The position numbers and the translations under genes were made by a program. Below the pieces are notes generated by a model. It ran no database searches and was not told the origin of the DNA. It was given only the letters and a program-made list of their open reading frames with translations. From assembly GCA_964344415.1 (NCBI GenBank), contig CAYFMS010000001.1, forward strand, positions 100,214-164,213: 64,000 bases of DNA. Direction: 5' to 3'. This DNA is from an uncultured Gammaproteobacteria bacterium. Lineage in GTDB: Bacteria > Patescibacteriota > Patescibacteriia > UBA9934. Positions 57,201 to 64,000 of the stretch are shown piece after piece; the first letter of the stretch is position 1; the number at the start of each line of letters is the position of its first letter.

Positions 57201-58062
57201 TAGCGGTGTGAGTAATGCGGATCAGCTGGACCCGGATGCAGTCATGAGCTTCTCAGGAAATGCTCTTACAAATATCATGAGCATTGCTGGCATTGGAGAC
57301 GCTTGGAGTATTGCCGAGAATGGCGACATTACAATTAGGGGCCGTGTTCAACAGATTGCTACTGGCTATGATGGAAGCGATATTGTGACATCCGCTATTC
57401 AGTCGGAACAGGCCATTATTGAACTTGTGGGTACGGCTCAGATGATCAATGGTCGTGCGACGATAAAATTCGACGATACGGACACGTCATTCTCAGATAT
57501 CATCAGTTTGGATCACCCATATCATGTGTTTATGACTCCAAGTGGTCCGGTGAATACGCTGTATACATCACATCGTGATAGGCAAGGATTTATTATTCGA
57601 GAAACTGATGGAGAATCAAATGCACAAATCGATTGGATGGTGATCGGGTATCATAAGGACTATGCTCCTGAATTAACGACGAATGATAATGTCGTCGATG
57701 AAAACACTGCAGAATCTCCAGCGGCTGATGACGCTGAGTCGAATGAATCAGAGTTAGAAAATACTGAAACGGACAATACGGAAATTACTGAGGAACAGGA
57801 CAGCGAAACTCAAATAAACACAGATGAAGAAAATAATAGTGTTACTGAAGAGGTGCAGGATGTTGAAGGGGCCGATACTGACGTCGAACAGATCATTGAG
57901 GAGACTCAGGTAGATGAATCTGACGAAGCTAATACGGCAACAGAAGTCATTGAAGTTATTCCAGAAGAGACTATTTCAGAAGAGCAGTCTGAAGAAGTTG
58001 AAGTGCAAGAGGAAACCGTGGATCAATCCGAATCAGAAACGGATGCTGTTGTGCTAGAATAG
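54205..58062 (+). CDS. giant (1285-aa) surface protein with an N-terminal signal anchor, an internally duplicated GS(D)Y(D)xAE(L/M)F motif and an acidic C-terminal tail
   Basis: TM anchor ITALFVVLIVFFVAV. AGSDYAELFELG...VVAL and GSYDFAEMFPSK...IVVF duplicated motifs. The last ~130 aa are E/D/T-rich. Confidence 0.6.
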   Translation: MRPFLSKQDVFVKITALFVVLIVFFVAVSVMDRVERADAVAPPNILGYQGRVLNANGVPVSSASVDMIFEIYDASAGGTCVWSNTSSSCATATARTVTLVDGLFSERLGDTGDTYSAITDATFGDNAELYLQITIEGEALTPRTRITSAPYATNADMLDGIDSSSFIQTTGCTDCLDFTSLSNSMTVDEDTTIDLSSLDLFYNLTSSGNVTFQDSGTNFAIFSGNPNGGQIDFTANNDLAGGAFFDIDSGNQQTTSDLVALTANTMEAGNILNIVQDPNSLQTVAASGNALRVYRELTQAASTSTGSLLYINSDNDNGIATDNSYLLELYQENTASTGYAFRILNEGAGGIMSLNHSIGAGASSPGIQLDIGQTGYDQKGIDYTYSGTEQAFDLITATDGSANNPLFQISNTDTAYDQFLIDVTNTGTTYLANLSTTGTGGGIFLSGDASASTLLAIENTETGYAQNSLNVRHDGSTSGFSITSAAGATATDPLVFITNSNSAYDVDLATINYDGTASALSITSQGTGISDTVVSISGDNADYVMELYNDGNNDNRQGIYLQTCLDTNPTTACNFATFADGNGTVLGAIEGDGAGGVTNASAGSDYAELFELGTAVSLGDVVALNADGRVEPAQRGDQIIGAYSSNPNVLGNWFENWEQSGTHAAVALLGQVPVNVNDEGGAISAGDYLELSSVTGVVKKASGVGFVIGRALEDHDSGSGQIMTFIEPKWVALDLIEGDDSAIFKRNLEIASDGDATAASNKDSNLLSLSGSAWDGVSAVDRSMSIFTDITSDDIYSLVIQNNDGETSAYFEQDGDLVLGGKLYLADQGNLQTDTYLYYDGSGGPGGDFIRTNAAGWGTGSYDFAEMFPSKDDLDPGEIVVFAHEKDHVMRSSGETYDNRIAGIVSTRPGFLAGENKPGHVPIALSGRVPTKVSTENGAISIGDPLTTSSLSGTAMLATQPGHIVGYALEGISEGEGMISVFVRPSYYDGGSVFANNVASGVSNADQLDPDAVMSFSGNALTNIMSIAGIGDAWSIAENGDITIRGRVQQIATGYDGSDIVTSAIQSEQAIIELVGTAQMINGRATIKFDDTDTSFSDIISLDHPYHVFMTPSGPVNTLYTSHRDRQGFIIRETDGESNAQIDWMVIGYHKDYAPELTTNDNVVDENTAESPAADDAESNESELENTETDNTEITEEQDSETQINTDEENNSVTEEVQDVEGADTDVEQIIEETQVDESDEANTATEVIEVIPEETISEEQSEEVEVQEETVDQSESETDAVVLE

Positions 58063-58066
58063 TTGC

Positions 58067-60430
58067 ATGACAAGTGAAAAATTGAATACATTACATCGTC
58101 TTGGCAATGTGATGATGTTTGCAGGGATCGGAGTTGTTTTTCTCATACTTCCACTTCTTTTTTTGCCTTGGACCATTGATGCGCTTGAAATTCATAAGCA
58201 GCTTATTTTGATCTTTGGATCTGGTGTTAGTGTTGCCGGGTTGATGCTTCGATGGATGCACAGTACAGAGATTCACATTCAGTGGCATCCTCTCCTTGCT
58301 GTCTACGCTGCTTTTGTTTTAATGCTTGCCATCTCGTCATTTTTCTCTTTGCATGGCTATACCAGCTGGATGGGACAAGGAAAACAAGAGTATTTATCCT
58401 TTGCAACACATTTTAGTTTATTGAATCTCTGGTTTGTCTTTTTGCAATTAAAGAAAAAGGTGCTTCATTTCCCTCTGCTGCTTCTTTTCGCAGGCGCAGC
58501 ATTGATGGCGCTCATCGGACTACTTCGTTTCATTTTTCCCAACCTTCTATCAACATGGTTCGTTGGGACAGGAATGCAATTTGTGGCATATATGCTAACT
58601 CTCGGAATCGCGGGAGGATTCTTTTTTGCCATTCTCGGACATATTCGAGGGTCATTCCCCGCATATGCCGCATATTCCATGCGAGTTCTAGGACTTTTTC
58701 TCTTCATTTCATCAATGATATTTGCATTATCAATTGACGGGGATGGCAGTCGATGGATATGGGCTGGCATTATCGCATCGATAGGAATTCCAATGATTTT
58801 CATTACAAATCGGCAAGATCTCATGAAGAATGTGAATGTTTATATTCCTTTGATCATTGGTTTTGTTCTTGCTTGTATCTTTTTCTTCTTGCAGAGCCCG
58901 GTGGCAAATATTTTTCCAGCAGATGTTGTTCCGTCACTTTCAAGCTCGTGGAATATTGGATGGAGTAGCTTGGACGGTGGTCGCTTATTGACGGGTAGTG
59001 GTGCAGGCACATATTCGATTGACTATGCCGCGAATCAATCTGCTCAAATTAATGCAACGCCATTTTGGAATATTATCTTTGATCGAGGATATAATATTTT
59101 CTTAACGCTTCTTCCTACAATTGGAATCATTGGCACATTCATTTTCCTGGCACTTGGCCTTGCATTTTTCATCATGCCACTACTTGAGCTGAAAAAAATA
59201 ATAAAAAAGGATCAGGTTCGGCACTTGAGTTTGCTCGCTGCCGCTCTCTTCTTTACATTTGCTTTATGGTTCGGATCTATGAGCATGACACTTGTCTTTT
59301 TGCTCATTGCGCTTTGCATGTTTTTGTCACGAAATATGGTACGGAAATTTGATCTTGATTTTTCAAATGCGCGATTGCGATTTTTCGGCGTTGTGAAGCA
59401 AATATCCGTTTCTTTGATCATCGTTGTACTCATGGTTCTTGCTGGTGCGAAGTATATTTCTGAAATTGCACTTGCTAAGACATTAACGCGCGTATCTCAA
59501 AGTGCTGCCGTAAGCGATGTCTTGCCTTCGCTTGACCGTGCGGCACGTTTTAATAAGCAAAGTGATATTGTGTATCGGAATCTGGCTGGTGCACTTCTCT
59601 TCCAAATAGATGAACTTGCTTCAAGTGCGGCGACGAGTGAAGAGGAATTGACGCAGGCGATTCTTATGGCGATTAATGCAGCACAGAGAGCAACAGAAAT
59701 TGCTCCAAACCGCGCGGAAAATTGGCGCATGCTTGGTGATGTCTATTTCGAATTATCTCCGGTGCATGAAGATACAAGTCTCTTTGCGATTCATGCCTAT
59801 CAACGTGCATCTGAGCTTTACCCGATAAATCCAGCGTATAAAACACAACTTGGACGTGCGCTTCTTGTAAGATTTGATGCACTTGGTGCGCAACTAGGTG
59901 AAGAAGATGTGGATGCAGAGATTCTGCAGCTTGAGCGAGATGCATTGATGGCTGACGCGCTTTCTGTGCTTGAAGAAGCAGTTTCATTAAAGCCAGATTA
60001 TGCATCGGCGCAATTTTATTTAGCGGCAGCTTATGAAAGAAATGGTGATTTGCAGGGTGCAATCGATACATTTACCGAAATTCGCGCGCAGCATCCAAAT
60101 GATATCGGCGTTCTTTTGCGGCTTGGACTCCTTTATCTAAGACAGGGCTCTACGGCGCAGGCCATACTTGAATTTACCGATGCACTTAAGATCGATTCAA
60201 CATACAGTAATGCCTATTGGTTCCTTTCCTTTGCTCGCGAGCAGCGGGGTGAAATAGATGAAGCAATTGCCGTCCTCGAATCAATATTGATATATGATAG
60301 CGAGAATGTTTTTGTCAGGCAGCGTATCGATCAGTTGCGACAAGGACAAATACAGGAAGAAATACCAGCACCGCTTGATGAGGAAGGTGTCGTGCAGGGC
60401 GCAGAGCCAGAAACTCCGCAGGCAGAGTAA
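58067..60430 (+). CDS. polytopic membrane protein (>=12 TM) with C-terminal TPR repeats; possible Wzy_C-type ligase or O-oligosaccharyltransferase-like
   Basis: ~500-aa hydrophobic N-terminal part and a ~280-aa C-terminus containing at least four TPR-like repeats (AYQRASELYP...; YLAAAYERNGDLQGAIDTF; AYWFLSFAREQRGEIDEAIAVLE). Confidence 0.5.
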   Translation: MTSEKLNTLHRLGNVMMFAGIGVVFLILPLLFLPWTIDALEIHKQLILIFGSGVSVAGLMLRWMHSTEIHIQWHPLLAVYAAFVLMLAISSFFSLHGYTSWMGQGKQEYLSFATHFSLLNLWFVFLQLKKKVLHFPLLLLFAGAALMALIGLLRFIFPNLLSTWFVGTGMQFVAYMLTLGIAGGFFFAILGHIRGSFPAYAAYSMRVLGLFLFISSMIFALSIDGDGSRWIWAGIIASIGIPMIFITNRQDLMKNVNVYIPLIIGFVLACIFFFLQSPVANIFPADVVPSLSSSWNIGWSSLDGGRLLTGSGAGTYSIDYAANQSAQINATPFWNIIFDRGYNIFLTLLPTIGIIGTFIFLALGLAFFIMPLLELKKIIKKDQVRHLSLLAAALFFTFALWFGSMSMTLVFLLIALCMFLSRNMVRKFDLDFSNARLRFFGVVKQISVSLIIVVLMVLAGAKYISEIALAKTLTRVSQSAAVSDVLPSLDRAARFNKQSDIVYRNLAGALLFQIDELASSAATSEEELTQAILMAINAAQRATEIAPNRAENWRMLGDVYFELSPVHEDTSLFAIHAYQRASELYPINPAYKTQLGRALLVRFDALGAQLGEEDVDAEILQLERDALMADALSVLEEAVSLKPDYASAQFYLAAAYERNGDLQGAIDTFTEIRAQHPNDIGVLLRLGLLYLRQGSTAQAILEFTDALKIDSTYSNAYWFLSFAREQRGEIDEAIAVLESILIYDSENVFVRQRIDQLRQGQIQEEIPAPLDEEGVVQGAEPETPQAE

Positions 60431-60486
60431 GTCGAGACCCATCACAGGGGTTGCTTTTTGCTCAAACTGAGATACACTCCTCGGGT

Positions 60487-61557
60487 ATGCTAAAAGTTGG
60501 AATCGTCGGACTTCCAAATGTGGGGAAGTCAACATTATTTACCGCATTAACAAAAAAGCAGGTTGACGCTGCTAATTTTCCATTTTGTACGATTGAGCCG
60601 AATGTCGGGATCGTTGAAGTTCCTGATGAGCGAATCATACAATTATCTGATATTTCCTCATCGGAAAAAACGATTCCTACGGCAATTGAGTTCGTTGATA
60701 TTGCAGGATTAGTGAAAGGTGCGCATAAAGGGGAGGGGCTTGGTAATCAATTTTTAGCGAATATTCGCGAAACAGACATGATTGCTCATGTTGTGCGTTC
60801 TTTTGAAGGTGATATTACGCATGTTGATGGAAGCGTTGATCCTGTTCGAGATGCTGAAATTATTGAACTCGAATTAATCATGGCAGACCTTGCTACGGTT
60901 GAAAAACGTTTGAATGCAATAGAGCGCCGAGCGGAATCGACGAAGGATAAAGATTTATTGATTCAAGTTTCTGGACTTCGAAAATGGCATGAGAAATTGG
61001 TTAATGGGAAATTTGTTCGTGAGGTTACCTTAACGGAAGAGGAACAAGATGCATTGAAAGATATTCATCTCATTACACAAAAACGCATGATGTACATTCT
61101 GAATGTGAGCGAGGAAGATGCGGCAGATTCAAATTGGAAGTCTCCATTTGATGACGGCCGAATTGCTATTCCAATTTCGGTAAAAATTGAGTCGGAGCTT
61201 GCAATGATGGACAAAGAAGAGGCTAAAGAGTTTATGAATGAGCTTGGCTTTCAAGAGTCAGGACTCGATTCAGTTATACGATCAGCATATAAAATGCTGG
61301 ATTTGATCACGTATTTTACTTCCGGTGAAAAAGAAACACGGGCATGGACGGTACAAGTGGGGACGAAGGCGCCTCAAGCCGCTGGTGTTATTCATACGGA
61401 TTTTGAGAAGGGATTTATCCGAGCCGAAGTTATTGCTTATGATGATTTTGTTGAGTACGGTGGTGAATCTGGCGCGCGCGAGCAGGGTAAATTACGAGTA
61501 GAAGGAAAAGATTACATGGTGCAAGATGGTGATGTAATGCATTTTCGATTCGCGTAG
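60487..61557 (+). CDS. ychF: redox-regulated ribosome-binding ATPase YchF
   Basis: [19 protein letters not shown]1 motif, a TGS domain and C-terminal YchF-type motifs. Confidence 0.9.
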   Translation: MLKVGIVGLPNVGKSTLFTALTKKQVDAANFPFCTIEPNVGIVEVPDERIIQLSDISSSEKTIPTAIEFVDIAGLVKGAHKGEGLGNQFLANIRETDMIAHVVRSFEGDITHVDGSVDPVRDAEIIELELIMADLATVEKRLNAIERRAESTKDKDLLIQVSGLRKWHEKLVNGKFVREVTLTEEEQDALKDIHLITQKRMMYILNVSEEDAADSNWKSPFDDGRIAIPISVKIESELAMMDKEEAKEFMNELGFQESGLDSVIRSAYKMLDLITYFTSGEKETRAWTVQVGTKAPQAAGVIHTDFEKGFIRAEVIAYDDFVEYGGESGAREQGKLRVEGKDYMVQDGDVMHFRFA

Positions 61558-61860
61558 AGGACCAGTAAGTAGTTAGTAGAAAATAGTAAGTAGGTTACCG
61601 TTACAGATGTACTGATAGTACAGATATACGGATTTATGTGCGAAGGAGATTTAGGAGATTGGAGAGATTCTAGTCGCGCAGTTGACGATAAGTCTGTTTG
61701 TGAGTCACAAACCAAGATTTATCGTCATCCCAGACGAAGCGAAGCGGAGATCCGGGATCCATCAGCAACCGTCATCCCGAGCCCTGCCTGCCGGCAGGCA
61801 GGGCATCCCTTGCAAAGGATCCTTCGACAGGTTCAGAACTTTGATCAAGTTCATAAGTGA
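61558..61860. repeat. most complete copy of the dispersed modular intergenic repeat family, ending in a 22-bp perfect palindrome
   Basis: The 18-mer at 61565-61582 equals 3656-3673. atacggattta...gcgaaggag module. Nested hairpins at 61686-61728. The 38-mer at 61738-61775 equals 10781-10818. Palindrome ccctgcctgcc/ggcaggcaggg at 61782-61803. Confidence 0.7.
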
Positions 61861-61861
61861 T

Positions 61862-61891
61862 AAAAAAAACCGCCTAGCTTTCGCTAGGCGG
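61862..61891 (-). terminator. Rho-independent terminator (minus strand)
   Basis: ccgcctagc-tttc-gctaggcgg 9-bp stem; the minus-strand T8 run corresponds to 61862-61869. Confidence 0.7.
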
Positions 61892-61978
61892 GAATTCAGC
61901 CAGAAGGCTGATGGCGATGATGACGAAGGCGGCATAGCCGACCCACATCATGATGAGATCAAGAATGAATTGCATCAT
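61874..61978 (-). CDS. small hydrophobic peptide (33-34 aa, single TM), GC-rich
   Basis: MMQFILDLIMMWVGYAAFVIIAISLLAEFPPSES. ATGA overlap with the upstream small ORF. Stop codon lies within the terminator stem. Confidence 0.45.
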   Translation of the reverse strand: MMQFILDLIMMWVGYAAFVIIAISLLAEFPPSES

Positions 61979-62145
61979 TCGATTCTCTCGCTGATTTGGA
62001 TCTCCTCCTCATACTCGAGCCATGACCCGAGAATGATGCTTGCCACTCCGATGGCACCGGCGGTCGGCCAGATGAGAATCTCCCACCAGGCCATGCTTGC
62101 GATGGTCTCGGGAAGAAGCTCACAAAAGGTATAGAAGTCGATCAT
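61975..62145 (-). CDS. small membrane protein (56 aa, single TM, acidic C-terminus), GC-rich
   Basis: MIDFYTFCELLPETIASMAWWEILIWPTAGAIGVASIILGSWLEYEEEIQISERIE. GGAGG SD 5 nt upstream; consensus promoter upstream. Confidence 0.5.
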   Translation of the reverse strand: MIDFYTFCELLPETIASMAWWEILIWPTAGAIGVASIILGSWLEYEEEIQISERIE

Positions 62146-62186
62146 GACCCCTCCTCTGTCCTGGCGGAATGCCGAAGGAACGCCTC

Positions 62187-62215
62187 TTTATAGCATAAAA
62201 CAAGGATTTTGTCAA
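62187..62215 (-). promoter_or_regulatory. consensus sigma70 promoter (TTGACA-17-TATAAA, minus strand) for the small-peptide operon
   Basis: Minus-strand TTGACA corresponds to 62210-62215 and TATAAA to 62187-62192, preceded by TGC. The same TTGACAAAA...ATGCTATAAA layout is seen at 6183-6211. Confidence 0.55.
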
Positions 62216-62284
62216 TGCAAATGCAAAAAGGCTCAATAAAAAGCCGACTTATGAATCGAACGCTTCAAAAGTTGGTAAAATGGC

Positions 62285-63451
62285 TTATATTCGCTTTAAA
62301 ATAGTAATGTCACGTCCGACAAATTGATGCTTTTGTCGATAATGCATTGGCTCATGGACATAAGTAAAACCAAGTTCATGCACCAAAGAATCCATTTGGA
62401 GTCGCATGGGCTCATTTTCAAAATAATGTACGGGAATAGCGGCAATGATTCGGCCATCATCCTTCATAAGTTCACGTAAAGATTTCAAACTTTCGCGGTA
62501 CAAATGCTCAAGCACTCCTTTCATTTTCTGTAAATCATCACGAGATTCATGTCCCTTCCGTGGGTTTCCAAGAAAAGGTTCAAATACAATGCAATCAATG
62601 CTTGATTTTGGGATATGTGCTGATATATTTTGCGCTCGAGATTCAAACAATTCAATATGTGGATGAATATCGTAATTTTTTGTGAGCCAATTTAGGTTTT
62701 TGCGTGTATCTTTTATTGCTTTTGGATCAATATCGCTTCCGATAATTTTTGAAAATCCAAGAAGGGCCGCCTCTGCAAGCACAGTCCCAACGCCGCAGAA
62801 TGGGTCAAGAATCGTTGATGTTTCAGGATTCGATCCGGCAAGGTTAATCATTGTCCTCGCAAGCTTTGGAGGAAGCATGCCACGCTTCGCGTCACGCGCC
62901 GGCCTGTCAAAATCTCGATGAGACCAATCTTCAAATCGCTGAACGCCATTTGTCTGGCCAATAGCTATTCCGTATTCCGTTGTGATAAGAACAAATTCAG
63001 CTCCTCGATCTAATATTTGATTCTTAACAATATCCGCAGCAGATAATTGTGCATTTTTAGAGATAACAAAGCGTGAAGAGATCCCTTGTTCTTTTAAAAG
63101 AGACTTTATGCTCATTCCAATGGCGTCATATTGTTCAAGCATTTTATCCGCGAGTGCTGTATTTTCGCCATCATATACACTGATACCAAAACGAACTTTT
63201 TCTCCATCTGACATAAGGAGGGATGCCAAGAATTCAGCTATATTGTCTTTTGAAAATTCACGAACATGGTCAATGATTGCCCCAGTTTTGATCACTCCTG
63301 CTAATTTTCCAACAATAAATTCAGGGTGAGATTCAATTCCAGAAAAGAGAGCCGCATGACCATGAAGTGAGTCGGATGTCTTCCCTAGAACCGTTTCGGC
63401 TTCAAGAAGAGCGATTTCTGGGTGATTTCCAAGAATAAGAAAGGTTTGCAT
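62285..63451 (-). CDS. THUMP-domain class-I SAM-dependent RNA methyltransferase (tRNA m2G Trm14/TrmN-like, UPF0020)
   Basis: N-terminal THUMP-like region; DPFCGVGTVLAEAALLG motif I; downstream DIDPKAI and FEPFLGNP motifs. Start at ATG 63451. Confidence 0.65.
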   Translation of the reverse strand: MQTFLILGNHPEIALLEAETVLGKTSDSLHGHAALFSGIESHPEFIVGKLAGVIKTGAIIDHVREFSKDNIAEFLASLLMSDGEKVRFGISVYDGENTALADKMLEQYDAIGMSIKSLLKEQGISSRFVISKNAQLSAADIVKNQILDRGAEFVLITTEYGIAIGQTNGVQRFEDWSHRDFDRPARDAKRGMLPPKLARTMINLAGSNPETSTILDPFCGVGTVLAEAALLGFSKIIGSDIDPKAIKDTRKNLNWLTKNYDIHPHIELFESRAQNISAHIPKSSIDCIVFEPFLGNPRKGHESRDDLQKMKGVLEHLYRESLKSLRELMKDDGRIIAAIPVHYFENEPMRLQMDSLVHELGFTYVHEPMHYRQKHQFVGRDITILKRI

Positions 63452-63617
63452 GCGTTGATTATATAGAAGCTCTGCCGATAATACCATTGACGAATCGCAG
63501 AAAATCAGCTAAAGTCGCGTCAACTCACGATCATTAATAATTTATGTCCATATTCGGTGAAAGCTGGATGTCCATATCCGTGAGTTATGGACCAAAAAAA
63601 TTATGGTGTACGAACTT

Positions 63618-64000
63618 ATGTATATCATCCCTTCAAAATACTCAGAGACTGAGATTGAAGTGGTGACAAAAACTGTTTCTGAACAGCTTGAAAAGCGCGG
63701 TGCAAAGACAGTAAAAACACAAAATCTAGGAAAGCAAAAATTTGCTTATCCTATTAAGAAAAATACACATGGAACTTATATCCTTTCTTATGTAGAAATG
63801 GAAGGTGAGCATGTGGCCCAGGTTGATGCAGATTTGCGTCTTGAAGAAGGTGTGCTTCGTCATATCCTTATCAAGCGTGAAGATGGAATTCCTGAGTATG
63901 AAGTGAAGCTTTCTGCTTACACAGCTCCAATTACTCCAGAAGGAAAGCGAGCAACGAAGAAGAAAGCCGTTGTAGCAGATCAACCAAAAGTTGAAGCTCC
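63618..64000 (+). CDS. rpsF: 30S ribosomal protein S6 (5' part; continues beyond the window)
   Basis: Hand translation gives MYIIPSKYSETEIEVVTKTVSEQLEKRGAKTVKTQNLGKQKFAYPIKKNTHGTYILSYVEMEGEH... with the S6 LG.R.LAYPI pattern. No stop within the window, so it is absent from the ORF track. Confidence 0.7.
   Translation, partial: MYIIPSKYSETEIEVVTKTVSEQLEKRGAKTVKTQNLGKQKFAYPIKKNTHGTYILSYVEMEGEHVAQVDADLRLEEGVLRHILIKREDGIPEYEVKLSAYTAPITPEGKRATKKKAVVADQPKVEA

Noticed and set aside
61682-62134. 150-aa plus-strand ORF.
   Set aside because: It starts inside the dispersed repeat and runs antisense to the two SD-led small minus-strand ORFs. It has no SD and a low-complexity translation.

Overview
The window is a low-GC (~40%) bacterial chromosome segment. 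It has a CPR/Patescibacteria-like reduced-genome flavour, but this is inference from gene content only.

It spans the replication origin: dnaN and dnaA with DnaA-box clusters on both sides of dnaA, followed by rpmH-rnpA-yidD. Around this sits dense housekeeping: tig, pnp, rpsO, rpsT, rpsF (partial), polA, holA, rmuC, xerC/D-like recombinase, ychF, lspA, PBP1A, galU, a PGI/PMI-type isomerase, NifS, NifU, ferredoxin and its reductase, and four tRNAs (Cys, His, Arg-TCT, Arg-CCT).

Several compositionally anomalous GC-rich (~52-58%) patches are embedded in this backbone:
- 3829-7646: a terminator-bounded three-gene island encoding a 688-aa membrane protein and two translationally coupled secreted proteins, all without recognisable family. 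This is the best candidate for an undescribed system.
- 41340-42960: an orphan gene with internal repeats, next to the tRNA-His/tRNA-Arg pair and the recombinase.
- 61874-62145: two tiny hydrophobic peptides under a consensus promoter.
- 21019-21585: a single hypothetical gene.
- 34552-34900 and 39561-39890: two highly structured intergenic elements that look like ncRNAs.

Other notable features:
- A tandem array of six VirB2/TrbC-type pilin-like paralogs at 7653-10574.
- A dispersed, modular, C-poor intergenic repeat family with nested hairpins, present in four copies. The copies share 14- to 38-nt identical modules.
- Perfect palindromes of 22-26 bp.
- DnaA-box clusters away from oriC.
- A five-gene cell-surface operon encoding 1173-aa and 1285-aa secreted proteins plus a multi-TM protein with TPR repeats.

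No CRISPR array and no rRNA genes were found.
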